Positions 48,036 to 59,181 are shown, numbered from the stretch's first letter. The stretch: DNA of 64,000 nucleotides from Bacteroidales bacterium UBA3709 (GCA_002372015.1 DFIA01000092.1:15880-79879); one strand, 5' to 3'. Notes: generated from the letters alone by a model not told the origin. Translations and numbers: made by a program.

Positions 48036-48989
48036 TTATTTTCTCGATACAGATTTTCGTGCTGCGGCTGCGATATGCTCTGCATCCAAACCATAAGCCT
48101 TCATCAGTTCGGCAGGAGTGCCGCTTTGGCCGAACCTATCTGCAATGGCAACATATTCCACAGGGGCCAAATAGTGCGTTGCCAGCATACCGGCTATCAT
48201 TTCTCCCATGCCTCCATATACGAAATGTTCTTCTGCCGTAACCACACATCCGGTTTTCTTAACAGATTCCAAGATAGTGGCGGTATCTAAAGGTTTTATG
48301 GTTGCAATATTTATAACATCGGCCCCAATACCCTCTTTTTCCAGTTCTTCTGCAGCAAGCAACGCCTCCCAAACGAGGTGGCCTGTTGCAAAAATTGAAA
48401 CATCTTTACCTTCGTTTAGTTTATACGCCTTACCTATTTCAAAAGTCTGGTTTTCCGGAGTAAAGTTGGGAACAGAGGGCCTGCCGAATCTTAAATAAAC
48501 CGGCCCTTTCCACATAGCCGCTGCTATTGTGGCATTTTTTGTTTGGTTAAAATCGCAAGGATTTATAACAACCATGCCGGGCAACATTCTCATAAGGCCA
48601 ATGTCTTCCAAAATTTGATGTGTGGCCCCATCTTCTCCAAGTGTAATTCCGGCATGAGAAGCAGCTATCTTTACGTTGGTTTCTGAGTAGGCAACGGCCA
48701 TTCTGACTTGGTCGTAAACCCTTCCTGTGGCAAAGGCTGCAAAGGTTCCAACAAAAGGAATTTTCCCATTTAGAGACAATCCTGCCGCTACATTTATCAT
48801 ATTGGCCTCTGCAATTCCACACTGGAAAAACCGCTGTGGAAATTCCTTGGCAAAGCCATCCATTTTAACTGAGCCCATAAGGTCTGCAGAAAGAGCTACA
48901 ACATCGTTGCACTCTCTTCCTGCTGCAAGCAAACCTTCTCCAAAACCAGAACGGGTGTCTTTATTTCCTGTATTTGTATATTTTGTCAT
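48036..48989 (-). CDS. Transketolase, C-terminal (pyrimidine-binding) subunit
   Basis: 317 aa. FPQRFFQCGIAEANM and GEDGATHQ. Paired with the N-terminal subunit gene upstream. Confidence 0.88.
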   Translation of the reverse strand: MTKYTNTGNKDTRSGFGEGLLAAGRECNDVVALSADLMGSVKMDGFAKEFPQRFFQCGIAEANMINVAAGLSLNGKIPFVGTFAAFATGRVYDQVRMAVAYSETNVKIAASHAGITLGEDGATHQILEDIGLMRMLPGMVVINPCDFNQTKNATIAAAMWKGPVYLRFGRPSVPNFTPENQTFEIGKAYKLNEGKDVSIFATGHLVWEALLAAEELEKEGIGADVINIATIKPLDTATILESVKKTGCVVTAEEHFVYGGMGEMIAGMLATHYLAPVEYVAIADRFGQSGTPAELMKAYGLDAEHIAAAARKSVSRK

Positions 48990-49029
48990 GATTAAAAAAT
49001 CTAAGTAAAAAAGTTAAGCAATGTCTTTT

Positions 49030-49881
49030 TTAGAAATCTCCAAGCGTTTCTGGTATTTGTGCAAGAGCTGCTTCGCACTCTTCTGGCTTAGGGGCCTTGC
49101 CATGCCACTTGCAAGTTCCTTCCATAAAATCTACACCCTTGCCCATAACAGTCTTCAACATAATCATGACGGGCTTAGGCTCTATTTGTTGCAGTTCTTC
49201 TGCGAGTTTAATGGCGGAGAAAATATCTTCAAAAGAGTTACCGTCTTCTGCTATAACCACATTCCAGCCAAAGGCCTTCCACCTTTGATCTAAATGGTCT
49301 GGTCCGATAACTTCTTCTGTGGTTCCATCTATTTGCTGACCATTCCAGTCTGTAAATGCAATCAGATTATCTATTTTGTGATGAGAGGCAAACTGTGCAG
49401 CTTCCCATATTTGTCCTTCTTGGCTTTCTCCGTCTCCTACAAGGCAATATACTTTATGAGCATCTCCTGCCATTTTTTTGCCCAAGGCCGCTCCCACGGC
49501 CACACTTAAACCTTGCCCCAGAGAACCGCTTGCTGTATAAATTCCCGGAAGACCTGTGTCTGTGGCAGGATGCCCCTGCAGCCGGCTTCCTATCTTGCGG
49601 AAAGTGGCGAGTTCTTCTATCGGAAAGTACCCACAACGGGCAAGAGCACTATATAGCAGCGGAGATTCGTGCCCGCAACTCAAAAAAAACATATCGCTAT
49701 CCTTGCCACTGCGGTTCCAGTTGTTTGGGGTATGCTTCATCTTGCTAAAATACAGCGCTGTAACAATATCTGTAGAGCTAAGGCTTCCGCCCGGGTGGCC
49801 GCTCTTGGCCATGGTTACCATTCTCAGTATATCTCTTCTGATTTGGTTTGCAGTATCTTTCAGTCTTTGAAGATCAGACAT
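49030..49881 (-). CDS. Transketolase, N-terminal (thiamine-diphosphate-binding) subunit
   Basis: SGHPGGSLS and VGDGESQEGQIWEA. Start set at MSDLQRLK (49881) because a -7 box lies at 49912-49919. Confidence 0.88.
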   Translation of the reverse strand: MSDLQRLKDTANQIRRDILRMVTMAKSGHPGGSLSSTDIVTALYFSKMKHTPNNWNRSGKDSDMFFLSCGHESPLLYSALARCGYFPIEELATFRKIGSRLQGHPATDTGLPGIYTASGSLGQGLSVAVGAALGKKMAGDAHKVYCLVGDGESQEGQIWEAAQFASHHKIDNLIAFTDWNGQQIDGTTEEVIGPDHLDQRWKAFGWNVVIAEDGNSFEDIFSAIKLAEELQQIEPKPVMIMLKTVMGKGVDFMEGTCKWHGKAPKPEECEAALAQIPETLGDF

Positions 49882-49911
49882 AATATTTGAGTGTAAATAA
49901 ATTTCTGTTTC

Positions 49912-49919
49912 CAAAGTTA
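49912..49919 (-). promoter_or_regulatory. Candidate -7 promoter box for the transketolase operon (TAACTTTG on minus strand)
   Basis: Plus strand reads CAAAGTTA, 30 nt upstream of the start at 49881. Confidence 0.4.
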
Positions 49920-49974
49920 ACTAAAAACCGAAAACAGAAAAGAAAATATGCGGTATTAATTCAAAACAGATTCT

Positions 49975-49982
49975 TATTTTTG
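49975..49982 (+). promoter_or_regulatory. Candidate -7 promoter box for lepA (TATTTTTG)
   Basis: Matches TAnnTTTG, 7 nt upstream of ATG 49990. Confidence 0.45.
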
Positions 49983-49989
49983 CATTGCA

Positions 49990-51774
49990 ATGAAAAATAT
50001 CAGGAACTTTTGCATAATAGCACATATAGACCACGGTAAATCTACTTTGGCAGACAGGATGCTGGAAGTAACAAACACTGTATCTGCACGCCAGATGGAG
50101 GCTCAGGTGTTGGATTCCATGGACTTGGAAAAAGAAAAGGGTATTACCATAAAAAGCCATGCGGTGCAGATGAAGTATAGTAAAAACGGAGAAGAATACA
50201 CTCTTAATCTTTTGGATACTCCCGGCCACGTAGATTTTTCTTACGAAGTGTCGCGTTCTATTGCTTCATCGGAGGGAGCTTTATTGGTAGTAGATGCAAC
50301 ACAAGGCATACAGGCTCAAACCATTTCTAATTTATATCTTGCCTTGGAACACAATCTTACAATAATACCTGTGCTCAATAAAATAGATATGGATGCGGCA
50401 GAGCCAGAACTTGTTCGCGATCAGGTTTGCGAATTAATAGGCTGCGATGCTTCGGAGGTTCTGATGTGTTCTGCAAAAACCGGCCTTGGGGTTCCGGAGA
50501 TATTAGACGCAATAATAGACAGAATACCGGCTCCGGATGGAAACCCCAATGCACCGCTGCAAGCCTTGATATTCGACTCTGTATTCAATCCTTTCAGAGG
50601 AATAATAGCATACTTTAAGGTAGAGTCTGGGAGCATACATAAGGGCGAGAAGGTAAAATTCTTTAATACCGGTATGGAGTATGTGGCAGACGAGGTTGGC
50701 GTTATGGGTATGAAGCTTCAGCCTATGCCGGAAATCAATTGTGGAAACGTAGGATATATAATCAGCGGCATAAAGAGTGCGGTTGAGGTAAAGGTGGGAG
50801 ATACAATTACTTCTGTGCAAAATCCATGTACAGAAGCAATAGCTGGTTTTGAAGAAGTAAAACCCATGGTATTTGCCGGCGTATATCCTGTAGAAACAGA
50901 CGAATACGACCAACTGAAAGTTTCTTTAGAAAAGCTTCAGCTCAACGATGCCTCTTTAGTGTTTGAGCCGGAGAGTTCTATGGCCCTTGGCTTTGGTTTT
51001 CGTTGCGGCTTCTTAGGGCTTTTGCATTTGGAAATAGTTCAGGAAAGGCTCTTTAGGGAGTTTGATATGGATTGCATAACCACCGTGCCAAACGTGTCGT
51101 TTAAGGTTTATACCACAGACGGGCAGGTGTTAGAAGTGCATAATCCATCCGGTTTGCCAGAGGTTACCATGATAGATCATATAGAGGAGCCTTATATAAG
51201 GGCACAGGTTATATCTAAGGCAGATTTCTTTGGCTCTATAATGAAGTTATGTTTGGACAAGCGAGGTATTCTTGTAAGCCAGCATTACATAACCACAGAC
51301 AGGGTAGAGCTTAACTTTGACCTTCCTCTCTCTGAGATAGTATTTGATTTCTACGATAAGCTTAAAAGCATTTCAAAGGGCTATGCTTCATTTGATTACC
51401 ACATTACAGATTATAGAGATGCCGCCCTTGTTAAGTTGGATATTTTGCTTAACGGAGAACAGGTAGATGCGCTGTCTTCTCTTATTCATAGAGACCATGC
51501 ATACGATTTTGGCCGGAGAATGTGTGAAAAGCTAAAAGATCTTATTCCAAGGCAGCAGTTTGATATTGCTATACAGGCGGCCATCGGCGCTAAAATCATA
51601 GCAAGAGAAACTGTACGGCAGGTAAGAAAAGATGTTACTGCAAAGTGCTATGGAGGAGATATTTCCAGAAAAAGAAAACTTTTGGAAAAACAAAAGAAGG
51701 GAAAAAAGCGTATGCGTCAAGTAGGGCAAGTACAAGTTCCACAGAGTGCTTTTATGGCAGTACTGAAACTCTAA
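49990..51774 (+). CDS. lepA: Elongation factor 4 (LepA)
   Basis: 594 aa. Canonical G1 [10 protein letters not shown]3 DTPGHVDF and G4 NKID, plus the LepA C-terminal domain. Confidence 0.93.
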   Translation: MKNIRNFCIIAHIDHGKSTLADRMLEVTNTVSARQMEAQVLDSMDLEKEKGITIKSHAVQMKYSKNGEEYTLNLLDTPGHVDFSYEVSRSIASSEGALLVVDATQGIQAQTISNLYLALEHNLTIIPVLNKIDMDAAEPELVRDQVCELIGCDASEVLMCSAKTGLGVPEILDAIIDRIPAPDGNPNAPLQALIFDSVFNPFRGIIAYFKVESGSIHKGEKVKFFNTGMEYVADEVGVMGMKLQPMPEINCGNVGYIISGIKSAVEVKVGDTITSVQNPCTEAIAGFEEVKPMVFAGVYPVETDEYDQLKVSLEKLQLNDASLVFEPESSMALGFGFRCGFLGLLHLEIVQERLFREFDMDCITTVPNVSFKVYTTDGQVLEVHNPSGLPEVTMIDHIEEPYIRAQVISKADFFGSIMKLCLDKRGILVSQHYITTDRVELNFDLPLSEIVFDFYDKLKSISKGYASFDYHITDYRDAALVKLDILLNGEQVDALSSLIHRDHAYDFGRRMCEKLKDLIPRQQFDIAIQAAIGAKIIARETVRQVRKDVTAKCYGGDISRKRKLLEKQKKGKKRMRQVGQVQVPQSAFMAVLKL

Positions 51775-51789
51775 AAATAAGAAGCAAAG

Positions 51790-52836
51790 ATGAACCAAAC
51801 AGCAACAACTCCTTCCTACATAAGAGAAACTATCAAGTATCTGAAGTTTGTGCTTATAATACTGGTTGTTTATACTCATTCCGAGCCAGAAACTGCGGGT
51901 ACGTTCAAAACATTAAATTTTGTACAAGAGATTATTACCTATAATTTTTGTGCTACAGCCGTGCCGCTTTTCTTCCTTATTAGCGGATATTTGTTTTTTA
52001 AAGAAGGAACTCTTAACAAAGAATTATACGTTTCAAAATTAAAGAAACGTTTTAGGACACTCGTTATTCCGTATGTATTTTGGATTCTTGGTGCTGTGGT
52101 TATTCTGTTTGTGGCTCAGAAATATTTACCTAATCTTTTTGCCGGTTCTTTTCCAAATGTTTCTACTTTTAAGGCCAAAGATTGGTTAGATATTTTCTGG
52201 ATACATCCACTGCAATATCAGTTCTGGTTTCTAAGAGATTTGTTTTTAACAATACTGCTCACTCCGTTGATATATCTGTTTATTAGAAAGATAGGAATAT
52301 TCTTTTTGTTAGGTCTTTTGGTACTGTTGTTGGCAAGGCCGTCTGAGCCTATAGTGGGGTTTAGCGTATCTGTCATATTTTACTTTTCAATAGGAGCCTT
52401 CTTTGCCATCAAAAACATAGATTTTATCAAGTTGTCAGACAAGTATTTTATTCCCATAACAATAATTTATGCGGTCTTCTTTTTGGTAAGCGCAATTATA
52501 AAGGAAAGCAATCCATTAAATTTTTCGGCACTGGTTTGTCTGATATTGCCGGGAATGTTCTTTATGGTAGGCTTGGTGTTCAGATGCAGGGCTTGTTTTA
52601 GAAAAGTGCCGGAAGTGTTTTATTCTTCTACATTTTTCTTATATGCTTTCCATGGTTTGTTTATAACTGTTTTAGTCAGACTATTGGGCAAGATAGGTCT
52701 TGTGAATACAGACATTAAAGCCGTGGGGGTGTATTTGCTTGCTCCGATAATAACAATAGTAGTCAGTGTGCTTGTTTACAGGCTATTAATAAAGATAGCA
52801 CCACGCTTTACAAAGTTGATAATAGGTGGCAGATGA
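51790..52836 (+). CDS. Membrane acyltransferase family 3 protein
   Basis: 348 aa, about 10 TM segments. N-terminal YLKFVLIILVVYTHS, typical of acyltransferase_3. Confidence 0.75.
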   Translation: MNQTATTPSYIRETIKYLKFVLIILVVYTHSEPETAGTFKTLNFVQEIITYNFCATAVPLFFLISGYLFFKEGTLNKELYVSKLKKRFRTLVIPYVFWILGAVVILFVAQKYLPNLFAGSFPNVSTFKAKDWLDIFWIHPLQYQFWFLRDLFLTILLTPLIYLFIRKIGIFFLLGLLVLLLARPSEPIVGFSVSVIFYFSIGAFFAIKNIDFIKLSDKYFIPITIIYAVFFLVSAIIKESNPLNFSALVCLILPGMFFMVGLVFRCRACFRKVPEVFYSSTFFLYAFHGLFITVLVRLLGKIGLVNTDIKAVGVYLLAPIITIVVSVLVYRLLIKIAPRFTKLIIGGR

Positions 52837-52843
52837 TTTCTTT

Positions 52844-54226
52844 TTATGCCTCCAAAAGCTCTTGAGCAAAGCGTGCGTAATTATTGTTGGCATTCCATTC
52901 CTCTTTCCAGTTTATATAAGCATTTTTCCGCATCTTCATTTGAGTTTCATGAGGCAGCAGAATGAAATCCAATATTTGATTCTTGAGTTCTTGGGCTGTT
53001 ATGTTTGCTTCTACAATATAGCCTATGGGACCGTTATGGAATAATTCGCTTACTCCCCCCACATTAGAGGCAATTACAGGAATACCATAGCTCATAGCCT
53101 CCATTATGGAAACAGGTATGCCCTCAGACTCACTAACTAAAATAAACAAATCTGCTCCATGTTTTTTGTAGTAGGCCATTATTTCGCTATGCGGCATGGC
53201 ACCATTAAAGATGAACTTACTGTCTAAAATTTTTTCTTCTGAATTAAACCTTTCGGCTTTTTCTTTCAACAATTGCAGCATGACTCCACCACCAAAATGA
53301 GTGTAAGTAAGTTGATTAAAACCTCTTTGCTTTATTTGCTCGGCGTTCTTCTTATCTTTGCAGAGTAGATTTAAAGCATTGAAAGTAAGGTCTATGCGTT
53401 TTAGGGGAATAACATTAGAGCAACTTATTATGTTAAAACTTTGCGATGTGGTTTCTTTGAGATTTGCAAAGTCTTCATCGTGATAGCCAGAGCCAAGGTG
53501 CCATACTTCTATGTTTTTAGGACGAGGATTGTAGTTATGTGTAATGTACTCCATTCCGTTGTAAGAGACAGGCATGGCAAAATCTGTTTCTGCCATTATC
53601 TGATTACGGAAAGGGAGGTAGCCTTTAACCCCTTCGTAAAGGTCTGAGCCATGGAATCTTACACAAAATGTAGGCATGAGTTCTACATTTGGTTTTAGCC
53701 GTTTTTTTAGAAAAGGAATAAGCATTGCCGATTTATCGCCCCAATAAAAATATATTTTGTCTGCAAACGAACATTCTCTGATAATTTCTTTTACAAGCTT
53801 TTTGTTGCCAAGAATGGTGCGTAGCATTAGAAAATAGTTGAAAAAAATCTGCAACCGCTTTGTTATGCCGGCTTTCTTATGGGCAGGGCTGGGCTTCTTT
53901 CCGTTTTTGTACTCCAGTTTTATATCACGCCCAAACATAGCCCTAAAGAATTCTTTTGTGGCAAAAAAGAATGGGGCTGTATTGAAAAGTCCACTTTTTA
54001 CGTAGCCTATTCTGTATTTATGGTCAAAAGGCAGTAGAGGGGAGGCTATATCTACATTTGCCGGAAGTGCTCTTTTTCTTCCTCCCGGGTTATACAGCGG
54101 AAATATTGTAATCTTATGAAACTGCTTTGCCAAAAAAGGGACTTCTTCCGCAAGGAAAGACTCGCCCATTCCATACGGGAAAGTATTGGAAAATAAGACG
54201 AGTCTGGCCTTATAGGAAGCGTTCAT
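52844..54226 (-). CDS. Glycosyltransferase, GT-B fold (GT4-like)
   Basis: 460 aa. C-terminal SESEGIPVSIMEAMSYGIPVIASNVGG (E-x7-E type motif). Confidence 0.75.
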   Translation of the reverse strand: MNASYKARLVLFSNTFPYGMGESFLAEEVPFLAKQFHKITIFPLYNPGGRKRALPANVDIASPLLPFDHKYRIGYVKSGLFNTAPFFFATKEFFRAMFGRDIKLEYKNGKKPSPAHKKAGITKRLQIFFNYFLMLRTILGNKKLVKEIIRECSFADKIYFYWGDKSAMLIPFLKKRLKPNVELMPTFCVRFHGSDLYEGVKGYLPFRNQIMAETDFAMPVSYNGMEYITHNYNPRPKNIEVWHLGSGYHDEDFANLKETTSQSFNIISCSNVIPLKRIDLTFNALNLLCKDKKNAEQIKQRGFNQLTYTHFGGGVMLQLLKEKAERFNSEEKILDSKFIFNGAMPHSEIMAYYKKHGADLFILVSESEGIPVSIMEAMSYGIPVIASNVGGVSELFHNGPIGYIVEANITAQELKNQILDFILLPHETQMKMRKNAYINWKEEWNANNNYARFAQELLEA

Positions 54227-54234
54227 TGGTATTG

Positions 54235-55914
54235 CTATTGAAGAGGAGCAAACTCAATGTCGTTTTCTATGCGATCTTCGTAAATCTTTTTGTCAAAAGC
54301 CTTTACAAGTTCATTTTCGCAGGTAGTAACATCTCCCTTGCGGGCGGCTATAATTGCTCTTAAATAAGATTCGTCTGGATCGTTTTCTTTTGTAAGCAGC
54401 TTGCTGGCCTGATCGGTTTTGCCTGTGAGTAGTAAGGCCAAGGCATGAGTAAAGCCCTTTGTGCCTTCCAATACTTCAAGAGCTGCGTTATAATCGCCAT
54501 CCATAATCAGGAGAGAGCCGAGGTTTTGTTTAGCCTCGTCTATCATTTCGCCATTTTCTCCTTTAGCCATATAGAAATATTCAGCAGCCTTATCTGCATT
54601 ACCTTTCTGCAATTCGCAAACACCAAGGTTGTTATACAGACCAGCTGTTTTGTTGCCGATATTTCTCAAATAACCGGCAGCTGCATCTGGCTGATGGTTT
54701 GCTAAGGCTAAAGCAGCAAGATTGTTGTAAGCACGCCAGCTATTGAATTTTTGGGCGGCCTTCTTGTATATGGAAACCTTAGTGTCGGCATTGTCGAATA
54801 GTGTTGCGGCATATAGCAGCCCTTCCTCTGTAAGACGCGAGTCGTCTTTTTGTACCATTTGTATAAGTTCCTGATCTGAGAAATTGGTTCTCTTGACATC
54901 GGCCACAATACGACTTCTTCTGAGCTGAGGCAAAACTTTGCTGGAAAGAGTTTGGAATACCTGAGACATATTGCGTATTTCGCGTTCTCTTACGGCAGGG
55001 TCTGAATACATAGACAGCACTCTGATGATAAGATCTTTGTCTTCTATATTGGACTGTTCTACAAGTTTTTTGAATCCCTCCCAGTCTTCGCCTTTTTCTT
55101 CTACAGAAACATCGAGATTCAGGTTTGCTCTTTTTGAAATGGTTTTATCATAAGCCTCCTTTGCGCTTTTAGCTCTTTGAATAGACAATTTATTGTTCTT
55201 GTCTTCCGGTCCTTCCGGAGAAGCGTATCCAATGATTTTACCACCCTCAACTTTAGCTCTTTGATCGGTTTGCGCTTCTTTAAGGAATTGCTCAAAAGCT
55301 TTTACTTCGGCAGAGTTTAGCCGAGATGTTTTTACATCTGCTTTATTTACATCGTAAAGAATCTGAGTTTCTATTTGCTCGGTAAATTCTTTTTGGTAAT
55401 TGTCTTGGGCTACAAATGCAACACCGTTGTTGTTAGCTAACATGTAAGTAGTGTTAGTTCCTTCTGCTATTTTAAAAGGAAGCGGATATTCCCAGTTCTT
55501 GGATTTATTGGCATTGTAGATAGTTACCCTAAGTTGTAGAGTAGCTTTTTCCATGCCAGGCTTATACGGAAATACAACAGTTCTGGTATGAGACTTTGAA
55601 GTTTTATATGGAACAACAGCATAGTTGTCTCTTATTTTTTCTCCCTGCAACCAAAACTCTTCTCCTACTTCTTTTTGGTTATTTGCATAAATCAATTCCG
55701 GGGTTACCCTCATGTAAGCCTTTGGAATAAAATAGTTAGCAGGAAATTCTATAGTATAAGAAGCCTTGATTTGCCCAGCTGTAGCTTCCAAAATCTGAGG
55801 ATTGCAGCTGGTTTTTGTCATTGAAGCTAATTTGGCCATCTGTTGCGGATTAGCGCAAAATGTTGTAGTAGCGGCCACGGCAACAAAGAGAAAGTATTTA
55901 AATAATCTATTCAT
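54235..55914 (-). CDS. Lipoprotein with central OmpA-like peptidoglycan-binding motif and C-terminal TPR-like repeats
   Basis: 559 aa. Lipobox TTTFC, GYASPEGPEDKNNKLSIQRAKSAKEAY (OmpA_C-like), and helical repeats at the C-terminus. Confidence 0.55.
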   Translation of the reverse strand: MNRLFKYFLFVAVAATTTFCANPQQMAKLASMTKTSCNPQILEATAGQIKASYTIEFPANYFIPKAYMRVTPELIYANNQKEVGEEFWLQGEKIRDNYAVVPYKTSKSHTRTVVFPYKPGMEKATLQLRVTIYNANKSKNWEYPLPFKIAEGTNTTYMLANNNGVAFVAQDNYQKEFTEQIETQILYDVNKADVKTSRLNSAEVKAFEQFLKEAQTDQRAKVEGGKIIGYASPEGPEDKNNKLSIQRAKSAKEAYDKTISKRANLNLDVSVEEKGEDWEGFKKLVEQSNIEDKDLIIRVLSMYSDPAVREREIRNMSQVFQTLSSKVLPQLRRSRIVADVKRTNFSDQELIQMVQKDDSRLTEEGLLYAATLFDNADTKVSIYKKAAQKFNSWRAYNNLAALALANHQPDAAAGYLRNIGNKTAGLYNNLGVCELQKGNADKAAEYFYMAKGENGEMIDEAKQNLGSLLIMDGDYNAALEVLEGTKGFTHALALLLTGKTDQASKLLTKENDPDESYLRAIIAARKGDVTTCENELVKAFDKKIYEDRIENDIEFAPLQ

Positions 55915-55930
55915 ATAACTGTTATTTTTA

Positions 55931-56689
55931 TTATAGCTCGGTAATTTTTATGTTGTTCACCCTTTTGAGGTCCTCTGGTGTGTCTATTCCAAAAGAAGGT
56001 TGATTGCATTCGGCCACTCTGATTCTGAAACCGTTTTCTAACCATCTCAACTGTTCGAGTTTTTCGGTTTGTTCCAAAAAACTTTCCGGCAGAGAACAAA
56101 TCTGTTTTAGAATGTTGCTTCTATATCCGTACAAGCCTACATGCAGATAGTAAGGAATATCTTCAAGATCTTCTTGTTGCAAAGTATGGGCTCTGTTAAA
56201 AGGGATAGGGCTTCGGCTGAAATATAAAGCATTGTTGTTTTTATCCAAAACTACTTTTGGCCTGTTAGGATCTGCTATATCTGCAATACTGTCTGCCCGC
56301 TTAACAATGGTAGCTATATCTACTCCGTCTTGCATAAGCGTTTCTGCCAGTGTTTTCAGCTGTATGGGGCTTATAAAAGGCTCATCTCCTTGTACATTTA
56401 TCACCCCATCAAAAACTTTTCCGTTGGATGAATAGTTCTTGAGGGCCTCTAAACAGCGGTCTGTTCCGCTCGTATGTTTTTGAGATGTCATTACCGCAAC
56501 TCCTCCATATTTTTCTACGGTATCAAAAATCCGGCCATCATCGGTGGCTACGCAAACATCATCGAACACTTTTTTTGCCTGTTCAAAAACCCTAACAACC
56601 ATAGGTGTTCCGTGTACCAAAGCCAGGGGTTTGCCCGGAAACCGGGTAGAGGAGTATCTGGATGGTATAATGGCCAAAATATTTTTCAT
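55931..56689 (-). CDS. kdsB: 3-deoxy-manno-octulosonate cytidylyltransferase (CMP-KDO synthetase)
   Basis: 252 aa. IIPSRYSSTRFPGKPL, INVQGDEPF, and GIDTPEDL. Confidence 0.88.
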   Translation of the reverse strand: MKNILAIIPSRYSSTRFPGKPLALVHGTPMVVRVFEQAKKVFDDVCVATDDGRIFDTVEKYGGVAVMTSQKHTSGTDRCLEALKNYSSNGKVFDGVINVQGDEPFISPIQLKTLAETLMQDGVDIATIVKRADSIADIADPNRPKVVLDKNNNALYFSRSPIPFNRAHTLQQEDLEDIPYYLHVGLYGYRSNILKQICSLPESFLEQTEKLEQLRWLENGFRIRVAECNQPSFGIDTPEDLKRVNNIKITEL

Positions 56690-56788
56690 TGCAGTAAAAA
56701 GTCAGCAACACCAAAATAGTGGCAGGTTTGCTATAAGACAAAAGTACGGAAAAAATGTTAAAAACTTTTATAAAGCCAAACAGATTCT

Positions 56789-56796
56789 TAACTTTG
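56789..56796 (+). promoter_or_regulatory. Candidate -7 promoter box (TAACTTTG) for the sigma-54 activator operon
   Basis: Matches TAnnTTTG, 26 nt upstream of ATG 56823. Confidence 0.4.
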
Positions 56797-56822
56797 CATT
56801 TGTCTGAAAAAAATAGGAAGAA

Positions 56823-57998
56823 ATGGAATTGCAGAGTTTGAAAAACCGCTTTGATCTTATAGGAGACGACCCTCAGTTCAATCGTGCTTTGACGATAGCA
56901 GAGCAGGTTGCCTCTACAGATTTATCTGTGTTGGTGAGCGGAGAGAGCGGAGTTGGTAAAGAATCTATCCCCCAGATAATACACAATAGCAGCCCCAGAA
57001 AGCATAATAAATATATAGCCGTTAACTGTGGAGCAATTCCGGAGGGAACCATGGAATCGGAATTGTTTGGGCACATTAAGGGTTCTTTTACCGGAGCAAA
57101 TGAGAACCGCAAAGGCTATTTTGAAGTAGCAGATGGGGGTACTATTTTTTTAGATGAAGTTGGAGAATTGTCGGCAGAGTCTCAAAAGCGTTTGCTCAGA
57201 GTTTTGGAAAGCGGAGAATTTTACAAGGTAGGTTCTTCTGTTGTGCAAAAAACAAATGTTAGGGTAATTGCTGCAACTAACGTTAATTTAACAGAAGCGA
57301 TACGCCTGAAAAAATTTAGAGAAGATCTCTATTACAGGTTGAATCAGGTTCCCATCTTTCTTCCGCCCCTAAGGCAGCGGAAAGGAGATATAAGCTTGTT
57401 GTTCAGAAAATTTGCGGTTGATTGTGCAGACCGATATAACATGCCTCCCATTGCTTTAGCAAGAGAAGCTCAGGCGATGTTGATGTCTTACAGGTGGCCA
57501 GGCAATATCAGGCAATTGAAGAATATAGTGGAGCAGATTACGGTACTTGAAACCGGCCGGGTGATAGAGGCAGAAGTGCTTAAAAACTATCTCCCTAATC
57601 AAGACGAAGATCTTCATCCGGCTTTGAGGGCCCTGCCTTCTCAAGAGACTGCTTTTTCCGGAGAAAAGGAGGTGATATATAAACTGATATATTCCCTAAA
57701 GCAAGAAGTGGAACAGATTAAGCAGCAGCTTGCTGCCGTAACTCTTCAACCTCAGACAAATACGCAGCACATACAGGTTTCTCCACAGCCTTCGGATCAT
57801 ATAATTGTGGTTTCTCCGGAACAAGAAGAAGGGGAAAAAGACCTTTCTATAAGTTCTATGTATGAGGAGAAGATTCGCGAGGCTCTTGGAAAATTTCCAC
57901 GAAACCGTAAAGCGGCAGCCGCACAGTTGGGTATATCTGAACGCACTCTATATCGGAAGATAAAAGAATATGGAATAGATATAAAAAAGAAGAAATGA
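56823..57998 (+). CDS. Sigma-54-dependent transcriptional activator (AAA+ core + Fis-type HTH, no N-terminal sensory domain)
   Basis: 391 aa. Walker A GESGVGKE within the first 50 aa, GSFTGA (GAFTGA variant), Walker B FLDEVGE, and a C-terminal AAAQLGISERTLYRKIKEYGI. Confidence 0.85.
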   Translation: MELQSLKNRFDLIGDDPQFNRALTIAEQVASTDLSVLVSGESGVGKESIPQIIHNSSPRKHNKYIAVNCGAIPEGTMESELFGHIKGSFTGANENRKGYFEVADGGTIFLDEVGELSAESQKRLLRVLESGEFYKVGSSVVQKTNVRVIAATNVNLTEAIRLKKFREDLYYRLNQVPIFLPPLRQRKGDISLLFRKFAVDCADRYNMPPIALAREAQAMLMSYRWPGNIRQLKNIVEQITVLETGRVIEAEVLKNYLPNQDEDLHPALRALPSQETAFSGEKEVIYKLIYSLKQEVEQIKQQLAAVTLQPQTNTQHIQVSPQPSDHIIVVSPEQEEGEKDLSISSMYEEKIREALGKFPRNRKAAAAQLGISERTLYRKIKEYGIDIKKKK

Positions 57999-58510
57999 AA
58001 TACGCACTAAAAGCCTTGTTTGTATGGATTTGTTCCACAATAGCTATAGGCTGTGGAATATACTCGTTTTCAGGAACATCTCTTCAGCCAGATATAAAAA
58101 CAATCTATGTTGCCGACATAGAAAACAGAGCAATGCAGATAAATCCTACCCTTGCTTCGCAGATGACACAAGCCTTGCAAGACAAGTATCGTAGGTTAAC
58201 AAAGCTGGAGGCTGTTTCGGCAGATGCAGACTTAGAAGTTACCGGGCATATAATGAGTTACGAAGTAACCCCTACAGCTGTTACTGCAGATGAGGTGGCT
58301 TCTCGCAACCGACTTACCATAACGGTTAAGATTTTTTATAAAAATAATAAGTATCCAGAGGAAGCTTTTCCGGAAGGACGTTCCTTTGCCGCCTATCAAG
58401 ACTATGATTCCAACAACTCGCTTGATGCCGTGCAAGATGTTTTGTGCCAACAGATAATAGAAACTCTGGTAGAAGATATATTCAATGCTACGGTTGCAGA
58501 ATGGAGATAG
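57995..58510 (+). CDS. Lipoprotein, LptE-like candidate
   Basis: 171 aa. Lipobox AIGCG. ATGA overlap with the upstream activator. The family call comes from size and synteny. Confidence 0.4.
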   Translation: MKYALKALFVWICSTIAIGCGIYSFSGTSLQPDIKTIYVADIENRAMQINPTLASQMTQALQDKYRRLTKLEAVSADADLEVTGHIMSYEVTPTAVTADEVASRNRLTITVKIFYKNNKYPEEAFPEGRSFAAYQDYDSNNSLDAVQDVLCQQIIETLVEDIFNATVAEWR

Positions 58511-59157
58511 AAAACCTTAAATATTCAGACATTCCTTCTTTGGATCTGACAGAATTAGATACTGCTCTGAAACAGTATCCGTGGTTTTCTTATCTTCGTC
58601 AGGTGCTTATGGAGAGGCTGTATAAGGTAGATAAAGAGGCTTTTATGCAAAAGTTGGCGGAGGTGGCAGTGTTTTTATCTTCCAGAAAAACCCTATACGA
58701 CAGAATAAATGCTCCTGTGGGTGATATACAAGAAGAAGATGTTGTAGAAGTACAGGCTGTGGATGTGGCTGAAGAATACGAGCAGGTGCACAAGCCTAAG
58801 GTGGTGGTGGTTGGGGGAGATTTCTTCACCAAAGAAGATTTGAAGACCATAAATCCAGAGGAAGACATGGAACTCAAGTTGAGAAACAGCCCGTTTTATC
58901 GCCCTGCAGAAAGTGTAGAAGAAGAAAAGGATACGGCAGAAGGTGCAAAAGGAAAGTCTTCTCTCTACACGGCAGAAGGGAAAGTTAATTTCGACGACTT
59001 GGCTTTTTGCACAGAAACTCTCGGGCATATTTATGCCCAACAGGGTTTCTACGATAAGGCGATAGAGGTTTTTTCTAAACTAATTTTGCTATATCCGCAA
59101 AAAAGTGCTTACTTTGCAGCCCTTGTAAACGATTTGAAAAACAATAGAGTAATATAG
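58501..59157 (+). CDS. Hypothetical protein with acidic linker and C-terminal TPR-like motif
   Basis: Start moved to ATG 58501 (MEIENLKY), overlapping the upstream stop by 10 nt. C-terminal LGHIYAQQGFYDKAIEVFSKLILLYP. Confidence 0.5.
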   Translation: MEIENLKYSDIPSLDLTELDTALKQYPWFSYLRQVLMERLYKVDKEAFMQKLAEVAVFLSSRKTLYDRINAPVGDIQEEDVVEVQAVDVAEEYEQVHKPKVVVVGGDFFTKEDLKTINPEEDMELKLRNSPFYRPAESVEEEKDTAEGAKGKSSLYTAEGKVNFDDLAFCTETLGHIYAQQGFYDKAIEVFSKLILLYPQKSAYFAALVNDLKNNRVI

Positions 59158-59181
59158 AAATAAAACAAAAACAAATCTGAT